The notes below the pieces were generated by a model. That model saw nothing but the letters and a program-made list of their open reading frames with translations, made no database searches and had not been told where the DNA came from. Shown here piece after piece: positions 20,494-29,870 of a stretch of DNA of 64,000 nt (the stretch's first letter is position 1; every line of letters begins with the position of its first letter). The translations under genes were made by a program, and so were the position numbers. The DNA comes from an uncultured bacterium. GTDB taxonomy: Bacteria; Chlamydiota; Chlamydiia; Chlamydiales; SM23-39. The DNA lies in the NCBI GenBank assembly GCA_963716985.1, contig OY970323.1, positions 832,001-896,000 of the forward strand, read 5' to 3'.

Positions 20494-21748
20494 GGTTCTC
20501 AAAAGTTCCGATTCTTTCCAGTCATTTGCGGAAAATTCGCATTCTCTTGCAAGGCCTTCAGAACTGCATTAGATGGTAATTCTGTTCCTAATTCCATGCG
20601 CTGTTTTGTTGGCTACCGCCAGGTCTGTACATAATCAAAAACACGGATAATTAGAATGATAGGGCAAATTTCAGAGCTCCTCACCGGGACTGCGTCTCTG
20701 GCCATATCTAAAAATAAGTGAGGTCACAAGAATACGGTAAAACCCCCAAAAAATGACAAACCTCTGTAGAATGATCGTCGCGATTATTTGAAACAACATC
20801 AACTAAAGAGGTTTGTCATGAAAAAAAATACCAAAAAATATCCAAAAACTCAACCTGCATCTGCATCTAATTTTAGATTGGCTCCCATGAATCCGTGTGT
20901 TGCCGGTATAGACATTGGAGCCAGTTCTGTATTCATTTGTATCGGTTTTCCCGATGGGCACCAAGAAATACGCGAGTATTTAACTTTCACAGAGGATCTC
21001 AAGAACATGCTGTCCTGGATCCAACAGAATGAGATCCGGAGCGTAGCAATGGAATCTACCGGAGTATACTGGATTCCGGTTTACGATATCTTGGCTCAGG
21101 CAGGGATAGATGTCATATTGGTAAATGCATATTACCTCAAAACAGTCCCGGGTAGAAAAACCGATGTAAAAGATTGCCAATGGATCCAACAATTACACGC
21201 CTACGGATTACTTAGAGGATCATTTCGTTCCGATGATGAAGGAGTCATACTTCGCGGATATGTGAGGCAGAGAAGCCGTTTATTTGAATTGGCCTCTCAG
21301 CAGGTGCAATTGATGCACAAAGCCCTCGTGCAAATGAATCTCCAACTCAATCACGTGGTGAGCGACATTACGGGCGCTACAGGCATGAATATTATACGGG
21401 CGATTGCCTCCGGAGAACGATCTCCCTTAGTCTTAGCAAAATATCGAGATCCTCGATGCAAAAAAGATGAAAAAGAAATTGCAAAAGCTCTCGATGGCAA
21501 CTATCGAGAGGAACATCTACTGGCGCTGAAACACGCTCTTGCAGCTTATGATTTTTTCCATTAACAGGCTTTGGAGTGCGAAGAGGCTATAGAGCAAGTA
21601 CTGAAGAAATGGGAAGAAGCGCAACCGAAAAAAAATATGCCGGTTCCAAGCTCGACTCCCGCAGAACATTCGTAACCGTCTAATCTACCCATCTTTTTCC
21701 TATTTCTGAGTCATGGCACTCTTTGTCTTTTTAAACCAAGGAGTCTCT

Positions 21749-22057
21749 ATGTTCGAACCTATTTCATCAGAAAAACTAGCCGAATGGACAGAAAACATTC
21801 GCCAACAAAGAAACAGCGGTCTTAATGCTACAAGCTGGTGTCGAAAACATCAAATTGCTCATAGTACATTTGTTTATTGGAAAGATTGCCTTTCCTCAAA
21901 AACTTCGATACGCCGATCGTCTTGCAAGAAACCTAATGCACCTACGACACCCGGAGTCTCCATCGAATATCGGGGCGTTCGCATTCATCTCGATGAATGC
22001 TTCGATCTTGCCATCTTGAAAAATTGCTTATCAGCACTGCGAAAAACCCAATGTTAG
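21749..22057 (+). CDS. tnpA: Second IS66 TnpA-like accessory protein (opposite orientation)
   Basis: W...QQRNSGLNATSWCRKHQ...TFVYWK; colinear homology with 24048-24362. Confidence 0.85.
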   Translation: MFEPISSEKLAEWTENIRQQRNSGLNATSWCRKHQIAHSTFVYWKDCLSSKTSIRRSSCKKPNAPTTPGVSIEYRGVRIHLDECFDLAILKNCLSALRKTQC

Positions 22058-22119
22058 TAGTTGTGAAAAGCCAGGATCGAAAAGATGAATAGAGCCAATA
22101 GCTGATCATTGAAGATCAG

Positions 22120-23658
22120 CTATTGCTTTTTCGACTGTTGACGAGCGGCAAACCACCGATCAGGCAAGAGTTCCTCGAGCTTCTGAGCGGCGTGCCCCAT
22201 CAGTCTCCGGAACACATCTTCTAGATATTCTCTTGGATTTATCTGCAACCCTCGGCAAGTTTGTACTAATGAGAGTAAAATTGCAGCGGCTTCGCCGCCA
22301 TCTTCACTCCCGAAAAAGAGCCAGTTTTTTCGGCCAATAGCGAGAGGACGAACGGCCCTTTCGGCTACATTATTATCAAGACGAGCAAAAGCGTGCTTGG
22401 TGTAATTTTTTAAATAGGGAATCAGGCCGCAAAAATACCCAAGCGCCTCGCGAAATTTTGATTTGGGCAAGAGCTTCCCGTCCATAAGTCGTGTTTTGAT
22501 CTTCTCGATCAACTCATCGATAATTGGAATTTCTTTTTCTTGGCGGATCTGCAGGCGCTCTTCAGGTGTCCGGGCCCAGGCGACTTTCTCCAACATGAAG
22601 AGATATCGGATTTTTCGAAGAACCCAATCGCGAAATGGTAAATCTCCCGATTCAGCATCGAAGAATTTTCTTCGAATATGGCTCCAACAAGGACACCATG
22701 TGATCACCTTCTTCTCGGCCAACCGTTGGTAGGCGCCATATTTATCTGAGTGCAAAAACCCGCGATATCCCTGAAGAATATCGAGGACGTTCTCATGACG
22801 GCGGTTCGTTCGAAAATCATAGACCCTGTAGGCAGGATTTGAAGAGATTCCTCCGACAATCACCCACATATAGGCTGTATCGCACTGGTCTTTTGCTTGT
22901 AATTTGACTGGGCTTTCATCGATGAAAACATTTTCGCTCTCAAGAATCTGGCAAACCATGACTTCATAGAGGGGTTTGAGAGCCATACCGCAGCGAATCA
23001 CCCATTGGGAGAGAAGCTTACGGCTGATGCCAACCCCTTGACGACCCAGTATTTCGGTGATGCGATACAGAGGGAGATGATCAACGAATTTTTGGGTAAC
23101 AATTTCTGCGAGAAGACTGTCATCAGCTTGGCATTTAGAGAGTATGCTGTCGGGTAACAAGGCTGTCAGAACGCCGTCTTCAGGTTTTTGAGGGTGGGCA
23201 TATTTGGGACGGATGGTTTCTTTGATATAATAGCTCCCCGGCTCGTGAGCTAATTTGTGAGTAACCTCTTCACCGATCTTGACGAGAGGAGTTCCTGTTT
23301 CCTGACAGACTTTTTGCTCTTCGGGAACATCGAGAACAATGGTTTTAACGGGAAGGTTGGGATCCAAAGTGATCGCATCTTGGCCATTGCGCTTAGGTTT
23401 ACGACGTTGATGAGCAGGGACTGTTTGAGTTTCTTCTTTGCTCTGCAGATCTTTTGCATCGAGACCTTCAAGCAGTAGCTGTTCTCCATTGAGATCTGAG
23501 ATAATGCGCTCTGATTTTTTACCGAAGATTTGGCGCTTGAACCAGTCGAGTTGTTGTGTGAGATAAGCCACTGTATTGCACAAATCGAGATTTTCAACTC
23601 GCAGAATTTCGATCTGGTTTTGAAGTTGTGCAGGATCTAGAATTTGTGTTGTTTTCAT
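22120..23658 (-). CDS. tnpC: IS66 DDE transposase TnpC
   Basis: RQIFGKKSER, KFVDHLPLYR, IDESP, HSDKY, CWSHIRRKF, DNNVAERAVR. Confidence 0.97.
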   Translation of the reverse strand: MKTTQILDPAQLQNQIEILRVENLDLCNTVAYLTQQLDWFKRQIFGKKSERIISDLNGEQLLLEGLDAKDLQSKEETQTVPAHQRRKPKRNGQDAITLDPNLPVKTIVLDVPEEQKVCQETGTPLVKIGEEVTHKLAHEPGSYYIKETIRPKYAHPQKPEDGVLTALLPDSILSKCQADDSLLAEIVTQKFVDHLPLYRITEILGRQGVGISRKLLSQWVIRCGMALKPLYEVMVCQILESENVFIDESPVKLQAKDQCDTAYMWVIVGGISSNPAYRVYDFRTNRRHENVLDILQGYRGFLHSDKYGAYQRLAEKKVITWCPCWSHIRRKFFDAESGDLPFRDWVLRKIRYLFMLEKVAWARTPEERLQIRQEKEIPIIDELIEKIKTRLMDGKLLPKSKFREALGYFCGLIPYLKNYTKHAFARLDNNVAERAVRPLAIGRKNWLFFGSEDGGEAAAILLSLVQTCRGLQINPREYLEDVFRRLMGHAAQKLEELLPDRWFAARQQSKKQ

Positions 23659-23724
23659 AGAGAAAATGATAGCAAAAACCCTTTAAAAAAAGAAGAGAAA
23701 AATGCACGAAAAGTCGAATTATTT

Positions 23725-24054
23725 TCATAGAGAAAACCGAGGTTGTAATCGTTTAGGAACGACTCCTTCCAAAAGCATCAAAAATTCACGTCTTGGCAGC
23801 GTTGATGTCATTCCTTCCCGAGGAATAAAAGAACCTTTTTCCAAGCGCTTATAAAAAATGACAAACCCATCACCATCCCAGTAGAGAACCTTCATATGAT
23901 CCTTGCGTCGGCTTAGAAAAATAAAAAGAGCTCCGGACAAGAGCTCTCCGGGGAACAATTGTTCGACGAGAATGCTCAGACCTTCAAAGCTCTTGCGCAT
24001 ACTGACAGGCGCGCGACACAAAAACAGGCGGGTGTTTGCAGGCAGACTTAGCAT
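23725..24054 (-). CDS. tnpB: IS66 accessory protein TnpB
   Basis: PVSMRKSFEGL, KVLYWDGDGF...KRLEKG; ATG overlaps tnpA stop. Confidence 0.95.
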   Translation of the reverse strand: MLSLPANTRLFLCRAPVSMRKSFEGLSILVEQLFPGELLSGALFIFLSRRKDHMKVLYWDGDGFVIFYKRLEKGSFIPREGMTSTLPRREFLMLLEGVVPKRLQPRFSL

Positions 24055-24362
24055 GGCAGTGCCTTGAGAACTTGTAGACATTGAGCCAAAACGACTGGGT
24101 CGAATGATTTTAATAGAACAACTTTCATTCCCTGACATTCGATAGCAACGCCTGGGTCCGTCTTAGTTTCTTCATAGAGCTCTTGAAAAGAGTCGCGTGT
24201 TATCTGAGATTTTTCAGGGAAGCGCTTATCCCAATACAGGAAAGAATTGTAATTTACCTGCTGCTCACGACACCAACGCGCCATGCTTAATCCGCTAATG
24301 CGTTGCGTCTGCACTTTTTCTTGCCAGATGCGTCTTTTTTCTTCTGGGAAAGGTCTTGGCAT
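24048..24362 (-). CDS. tnpA: IS66 accessory protein TnpA
   Basis: SGLSMARWCREQQV...FLYW; RBS AAGGAG. Confidence 0.9.
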   Translation of the reverse strand: MPRPFPEEKRRIWQEKVQTQRISGLSMARWCREQQVNYNSFLYWDKRFPEKSQITRDSFQELYEETKTDPGVAIECQGMKVVLLKSFDPVVLAQCLQVLKALPC

Positions 24363-24424
24363 AACACTCCTTTGGTTAAGAAAAACCAGAGTGCCATGAC
24401 GAAGGAAAACAAAAAAGATGGCTA

Positions 24425-24520
24425 GTGCTCTGTCACCCTTTAATTTTAGGATAAATTGACTTGAGTTTATGCCGACCGTTGCCAAACTTATAATCCTAAA
24501 TTTTAACTATGACAGAGCAC
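24425..24520. mobile_element. 96-bp MITE inserted in the IS66 terminus
   Basis: 11-bp perfect IR gtgctctgtca/tgacagagcac, flanking TA duplication (CTAG context); removal restores the match to the opposite IS66 end. Confidence 0.85.
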
Positions 24521-25465
24521 TAGATTAGACGCTTACGAACATTCAAGTAAAAATGGGCGAGGAACACAGAAAAAGACGAAATACAACCTCAGTCCGTATC
24601 ATTTTGAAGCAGAAGGTTCTCTCGAAAGAATTCTTCACGTCAACTTGACTGACATTCCCGGATTGGACGTGAATGGGATTATAAAAATTCTAGGAGAGAT
24701 TGGCATGGATATGTCCAAATGGCCGAGTGCGAAACATTTTGCTTCTTGGCTTGGGCTTTGTCCCGGCAACAAAATTTCCGGTGGCAAGATTTTGAGCGGC
24801 AAGCCCAAGCCAACTGCCAACAGGGCAGCACAAGCATTACGCTTAGCAGCCAATACCCTTTACCGCTCCAAAACAGCCCTCGGCGCCTATTTTCGTAGGA
24901 TGCGATCAAGACTCGGTGCTCCAAAAGCGATCACAGCGACAGCACATAAACTTGCAAAAATTCTGTATACGATGCTGAAAGAGCGCAAAAATTTTACAGA
25001 AGTTGGACAAGCTGCATACGAACAGGCATATAAAGAAAGACAGCTATTGTCATTGCAGAAACGAGCACGAGAACTAGGATATGGGCTAGTAGCTTGCTAA
25101 AAACAAAAATCAACTAAAACTTACAGGTAATCAAGCAAACTTTCAACGACTTTAAAGGCCGGAAACCCATTGGTGCTAAACGCCCGATTCAGAGCTTGGT
25201 CCGCATCATCACCGGTAATATCATTGGTGAGATCGTTTGTCGCAAGACCGACGATCATCCCGTTTTAGAAGAGTGCGCAGTATAGAGTGATGAGCAAGTT
25301 TAAAGAAAGTTTGTGTAGCCATGGACAGGAGACCCACATGTGAACTTATTTAGAAGGCAATCGGAGAATCTGTGCATAATCGAGCTCAAGCCCAAAAAGG
25401 AAGGTAGAAAGCTTCCCAAGAACCAAATAAAGCATATACAAGACCCTGAAGCGAAGAAAGTTACA

Positions 25466-25582
25466 AAAATACCATGTAATTTTGAAATTTGGAGTCAAAA
25501 ATACATGGCAATTGTAAAAAAATCGTTGCCAATAAATAAAATACCTTGTAATTTTGAAATATAAAGACAAAAACACAAGGTA
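25466..25582 (+). promoter_or_regulatory. Two tandem ~40-bp imperfect palindromes upstream of the DUF4143 ATPase
   Basis: ccatgta.ttttga-N9-tcaaaa.tacatgg and taccttgt..ttttg...caaaa..acaaggta, 72-bp period. Confidence 0.6.
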
Positions 25583-25586
25583 GTCG

Positions 25587-26729
25587 GTGGAAAGAAAAAT
25601 ATATTTAGAGAAAATAATTACACAATTTCGTGTCCATTCTGTCTGTGCCATATTAGGGCCAAGGCAGGTAGGAAAAACGACGTTGGCTAAAATATATGCA
25701 GAGAAGTTTCCGAAGGATTCTGTTCTTTTTTTTGACCTAGAAAATCCTTTTGATTTAGCGAAATTAGAAAATCCTATGCTCGTTTTGTCGAAACTTTCCT
25801 ATCCACTGATTGTCATCGATGAGATCCAGAGGAAACCAGATTTATTTCCTATTTTGCGTGTTCTGGTGGATAATCCTTCCAATAAAACGAAATTTTTGGT
25901 TTTGGGAAGCGCGTCTAGAGATTTGATCCGTCAATCTTCTGAAACCTTAGCCGGGCGTATTGGATATATAGAACTTGCCCCTTTTTCTTTAGCGGAGACA
26001 AATAACATCGAAAAACTTTGGATAAGGGGAGGCTTTCCTAGATCTTATTTGGCAGAAAAGGATGAAGAGAGTTTTTTATGGAGACAGGCATACATTTTAA
26101 CTTTTTTGGAAAGAGATATTCCAAATCTAGGATTCCAAATTCCCCCCGAACAAATGCGCCGATTTTGGCTGATGCTGGTCCATTTTCATGGGCAAATCTT
26201 TTGTGCCAGTGAGATCGGCAGATCACTGGGTATATCGGATCATGCCGTGCGTAAATATTTGGATATTTTTGTTGGTACTTTTATGATCCGCATTTTATCT
26301 CCTTGGTTTGAGAACTTAGGAAAAAGGCAGGTCAAATCTCCCAAAATTTATTTTCGAGATAGTGGAATTCTCCATGCATTGATGGGTATTGCAAAAGAAA
26401 GTGAGCTCCATCTACATCCAAAATTGGGCTCTTTATGGGAAGGCTTTGCTTTAGAAGAGGTGATCCGCCACTTTCAAGCAACTTCTGAAGAATGTTATTT
26501 TTGGGCAACTCAAAGTGGTGCAGAATTAGATCTTTTGATTCTCAAGAATGGCAAAAAATTGGGTTTTGAGTGTAAATATTCAGAAAAGATCAAAATCACC
26601 CCTTCGATGCGCATTGCCATGGATGATTTGCATTTGGATCATCTCTATATCATCTATCCCGGAAAAGATTCTTTTCCTTTAGCAGAAAATATGACTGCTC
26701 TTCCTTTGGAGTGTTTGGAAAAAATCTAA
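25587..26729 (+). CDS. AAA_14 ATPase + DUF4143
   Basis: GPRQVGKT, IDEIQ, LGSAS, KSPKIYFRDSG, AELDL...FECK. Confidence 0.93.
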   Translation: MERKIYLEKIITQFRVHSVCAILGPRQVGKTTLAKIYAEKFPKDSVLFFDLENPFDLAKLENPMLVLSKLSYPLIVIDEIQRKPDLFPILRVLVDNPSNKTKFLVLGSASRDLIRQSSETLAGRIGYIELAPFSLAETNNIEKLWIRGGFPRSYLAEKDEESFLWRQAYILTFLERDIPNLGFQIPPEQMRRFWLMLVHFHGQIFCASEIGRSLGISDHAVRKYLDIFVGTFMIRILSPWFENLGKRQVKSPKIYFRDSGILHALMGIAKESELHLHPKLGSLWEGFALEEVIRHFQATSEECYFWATQSGAELDLLILKNGKKLGFECKYSEKIKITPSMRIAMDDLHLDHLYIIYPGKDSFPLAENMTALPLECLEKI

Positions 26730-26783
26730 ACCTTTTTCTGACAAATTTGATATAAGGGGGGCGTAAATGACCAGGAGTGAAAG

Positions 26784-26823
26784 TGGGGCAACCAGGACTT
26801 GAACCTGGGACCGACGGGTTATG
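26784..26823 (-). repeat. att-like 3' half of tRNA(CAT) (Ile2/Met), copy A
   Basis: Minus strand CATAACCCGTCGGTCCCAGGTTCAAGTCCTGGTTGCCCCA; no D-arm or 5' acceptor strand; arm repeats attgcacc at 26943 and 26954. Confidence 0.85.
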
Positions 26824-26969
26824 GGGGAGGGGGATTTCACATCCAACCAGCACCATCCAATCACTATGAGCATCATAGTAAAGACAATACTCTTAAAATG
26901 CTACTGGTTGCTATTGGATAATACTGGATAAATAGGAAGTTCATTGCACCATTATTGCACCGCGAAAAA

Positions 26970-27857
26970 CTACTTAAACCATGGAGCTGTGTCTAGCATA
27001 ACTGGGGTATGGTGATGGGCGGTATGGGCATGCCACAAGTATCCTTTAACAGATATAGTTTGATCGATATGCTCACATAGCCATTCTGGATCGAAATCTC
27101 CAGTCAACCACAATTCATCGCCATTCTTAGATGAACGAATTGACGCAGGTGTTTGAAAACAGGCGCGAACAGGAGTGCTGCAAGCGATTTCGAATGATTG
27201 GGAGTCTAGCTTGATCAGCCAGCAGTAAATGGGATAACCTCCATTTTCAATTTCGCCAAACTCAGAATCATTATTCACTATTTCTAAATGGAGTTTTCCT
27301 GACATCGTAACCAAACGCTCCGGTTCATCTTCAGGCAATACCAAAGATTGATCATTGTCTTCACTCCAATCAAAAGAACTCGGCTCCCAAGGATGATCAT
27401 CCAAATATCGGCAAGCAAGAGTTTTTTCTTCTCCTGAAATTTCTGGGAGTACAATTTCAGGGGTAAAATTGAAGGCGCGCAATTCCTGCCCTAATAGATT
27501 GGGCGGCAAAATCTCTCCCTCCAAAGTAACTTGGGTTTCGAAATGATCGCGGGCCCATTCTCGCATTGCAAATTGATTTGTAAGCAGTCTTACATTTTGG
27601 AGATTGCAATCGTAGATTTTTTTCTCACTTAGAGAAAAATTATTGAAAAGATCAGTAATTATTTTTTGCGAAGGTTTGTCCAGTTCGATGAACCAGCCGA
27701 AAGGGGGTTTTTTAACAATCTTAGGGGCAGAGAAATATTTTTTAACCAGCTTTCCATGTAACTTCGCGTGAAAGGAACCGCTCCATTCGTCATCTGCGGC
27801 AAACGTATAAGAGATAATGAATAGACTAACAAACCATGTCGCGAAAAGCCTTCCCAT
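26970..27857 (-). CDS. Secreted protein with C-terminal DUF4431-like domain
   Basis: Signal peptide; VKGYLWHAHTAHHHTPVML. Confidence 0.7.
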   Translation of the reverse strand: MGRLFATWFVSLFIISYTFAADDEWSGSFHAKLHGKLVKKYFSAPKIVKKPPFGWFIELDKPSQKIITDLFNNFSLSEKKIYDCNLQNVRLLTNQFAMREWARDHFETQVTLEGEILPPNLLGQELRAFNFTPEIVLPEISGEEKTLACRYLDDHPWEPSSFDWSEDNDQSLVLPEDEPERLVTMSGKLHLEIVNNDSEFGEIENGGYPIYCWLIKLDSQSFEIACSTPVRACFQTPASIRSSKNGDELWLTGDFDPEWLCEHIDQTISVKGYLWHAHTAHHHTPVMLDTAPWFK

Positions 27858-28151
27858 GAAATTCAGGCCTCAAATACATGTTCCCATTGGGGTCGTGCAC
27901 TACGATAGCATGAAGTTTCCATTTTTGTGCAAGCGCAATCGCTTCTTGTTTGGAGATCCACACATTGTTCCCGTTCTGCTGAATCTGATATTCATAAATG
28001 ACTCCGCGTTTCATATGAACCCCGGTTATATATTCTCTCGGAATGGGGTCCTCTTGCCCAACTATCCATTCTTCTGTTTCTTCAAGGGCTCTCCAAAATT
28101 TCTCAAATTCTTTGTCATTGAGTGATTTGACTTTACATTCGGGGTCGAATC
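27826..28151 (-). pseudogene. 3' fragment of lysozyme-like/DUF3892 protein, truncated by IS
   Basis: KSLNDKEFEKFWRALEETE...SKQEAIALA...LHAIVVH..NGNMYLRP; homologous to the middle of 32225-33670. Confidence 0.7.
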
Positions 28152-29870
28152 GTAAGTTCTCAAAAACCCTTGGTAAAGCATAACGCCTCAAGTAAACTTA
28201 AATTTTTATTTTGTCTTTAAGGCTATTTCCATATATGATTTCAGGAATGAAACTGCAAATTCCTGAAATTCCCGAGAATCTTGTTCTAGATCCAACCATC
28301 AACAAGTTGGTCGAATTGCTTCAGGTTTGCCTTAGGATCATTCAGGAATTGACGGAAGAAAACGCTCATCTCAAAGATGAAATTGCAAAACTTAAAGGTC
28401 AAAAACCACGGCCAAAATTATCCCCTTCAAGAACAGCTGATGATGCAAAAAATAAGCCGCCTCCCAAAAACTCTGATATTCATCGTTCTTCTTCTCGCAG
28501 ACAAAGAAAAAAAGAGCAAAAGACAGTTTTGCCCAACAATATTCCTGCCGGATCGATTTTTAAGGGCTATGATACCTACAACGTTCAAGATCTCCGCATA
28601 GAGTCTCTTGAAATACAATTTCGCCTTGCGGTCTATTTGAGTCCTGACGGGTCACGTATTCGTGGAGAACTTCCCCCGGAATATCAACAAGGTCATTTTG
28701 GGGCGGAACTGATTGCTTATTGCCTTTCGCAATATCATCAATGCCATGTGACAGAGCCTCTTTTGTTAGAACAGCTTTATGAAATGGGAATCGACATTTC
28801 CCCGGCGCAACTCAGCAATATTCTGATTCAGAACAAAGAAAGCTTTCACCAAGAAAAAGAAGAGATTCTCAAAGCCGGCCTGGTTTTCAGTAAATTTCTT
28901 AATGCAGATGATACGGGTGCAAGACACGATGGGAAGAACGGATACTGCACAGCCATCGGCAGTCCTTTGTTTACCTACTTTGAAAGCACAGGTTCTAAAA
29001 GTCGAATCAATTTTTTAAAAATCTTGCAGGGCAAGGAAGAATTGTATGCTCTAACGGAAGAGGCCATAAATTATGCTTTCGAGCATGGGATTGGAGAAAA
29101 ATCTCTCGCAGCTCTGGAGAAGCATAAAGGTAAACAATTTCAAGAAAGCGCTTTTTGGGAAAATTTTCTTAAAAAACAAAAAATCGAATCTGAAAAAGAT
29201 CGTAGAATTGCTACTGAAGCGGCTCTTTTAGGCGGGGCTTTGGAAAAAGGAGTCAACCCATTTCTGATTACGATAAGTGATGCTGCAAGACAGTTTGCAA
29301 TTTTTCTAAATGGGCTTTGTTGGGTCCATGAAGAACGTCATTATCGAAAACTGATTCCTCTATCAGATGTTGAAAAAATAGAGCTTGAAATGGTTCGTTC
29401 AGATATTTGGGATTTTTATGAAGCGCTGAAAGAATACAAGAAAAAACCGACTCTTGTCCTGCAGAAAACTCTTGAAGATCGATTCGATCAGATTTTCGGC
29501 AAAGCATACAAAAGTGCAGCCATAAATTCACTTCTTGCGAATACCCGGTCAAGAAAAGACGGGCTCTTGCTCGTCCTTAAGTATCCATTTATTCCTCTTC
29601 ATAACAATGACTGCGAAAGAGATATCCGTGAATATGCAAAGCGGAGAAAGATCTCTGGAGGCACACGAAGCGAAGCTGGCCGCAAAGCCAGAGACACTTT
29701 TGCAAGTCTCAAGAAAACCTGCATGAAATTAGGCATCAGTTTTTGTGACTATTTGAAAGACAGGCTTGTAAATGCAAAAAAAATTCCCCGGATGAAAGAT
29801 CTTATTGAACAAAAATCACAGGCATCGCCGGCAAGTTTTTAGTTTTTCCCAGACGTTTTTGAGAACTTAC
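28152..29870 (+). mobile_element. IS66-family single-ORF (ISBst12-like) element, copy 1, no TSD
   Basis: 16-bp IR gtaagttctcaaaaac/gtttttgagaacttac; flanks gtcgaatc and gcaatatc differ. Confidence 0.92.
28247..29842 (+). CDS. IS66-type DDE transposase
   Basis: ADDTGARH, ISDAA, LCWVHEER, HNNDCERDIR. Confidence 0.92.
   Translation: MKLQIPEIPENLVLDPTINKLVELLQVCLRIIQELTEENAHLKDEIAKLKGQKPRPKLSPSRTADDAKNKPPPKNSDIHRSSSRRQRKKEQKTVLPNNIPAGSIFKGYDTYNVQDLRIESLEIQFRLAVYLSPDGSRIRGELPPEYQQGHFGAELIAYCLSQYHQCHVTEPLLLEQLYEMGIDISPAQLSNILIQNKESFHQEKEEILKAGLVFSKFLNADDTGARHDGKNGYCTAIGSPLFTYFESTGSKSRINFLKILQGKEELYALTEEAINYAFEHGIGEKSLAALEKHKGKQFQESAFWENFLKKQKIESEKDRRIATEAALLGGALEKGVNPFLITISDAARQFAIFLNGLCWVHEERHYRKLIPLSDVEKIELEMVRSDIWDFYEALKEYKKKPTLVLQKTLEDRFDQIFGKAYKSAAINSLLANTRSRKDGLLLVLKYPFIPLHNNDCERDIREYAKRRKISGGTRSEAGRKARDTFASLKKTCMKLGISFCDYLKDRLVNAKKIPRMKDLIEQKSQASPASF

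Larger units (their letters stand above)
21672..24536 (-). mobile_element. IS66-family element with 8-bp TSD
   Basis: IRs gtaaccgtctaatcta / tagattagacgcttac; TSD gaacattc at 21664-21671 and 24537-24544. Confidence 0.95.
20818..25100 (+). pseudogene. IS110 recombinase: premature TAA at 21562-21564 and split by IS66 at 21672-24536
   Basis: GIDIG, AMESTGVYW, PGRKTDVKD; C-half TDIPG...SWLGLCPG...SGGK...ATAHKLA; frame continuous once the IS66 and one TSD copy are removed. Confidence 0.9.
20625..25128 (+). mobile_element. IS110-family element (inactivated, interrupted by IS66); ends tentative
   Basis: DEDD recombinase halves; CAGGT repeated at 20620-20624 and 25124-25128 as candidate core/junction. 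Confidence 0.7.

Noticed and set aside
23725..24054. TnpB as an RNA-guided nuclease
   Set aside because: This is the 109-aa IS66 accessory TnpB, unrelated to the IS605 RuvC TnpB
25129..25465. Possible gene right of the IS110
   Set aside because: Only short frames with stops and no recognisable family; treated as degraded sequence
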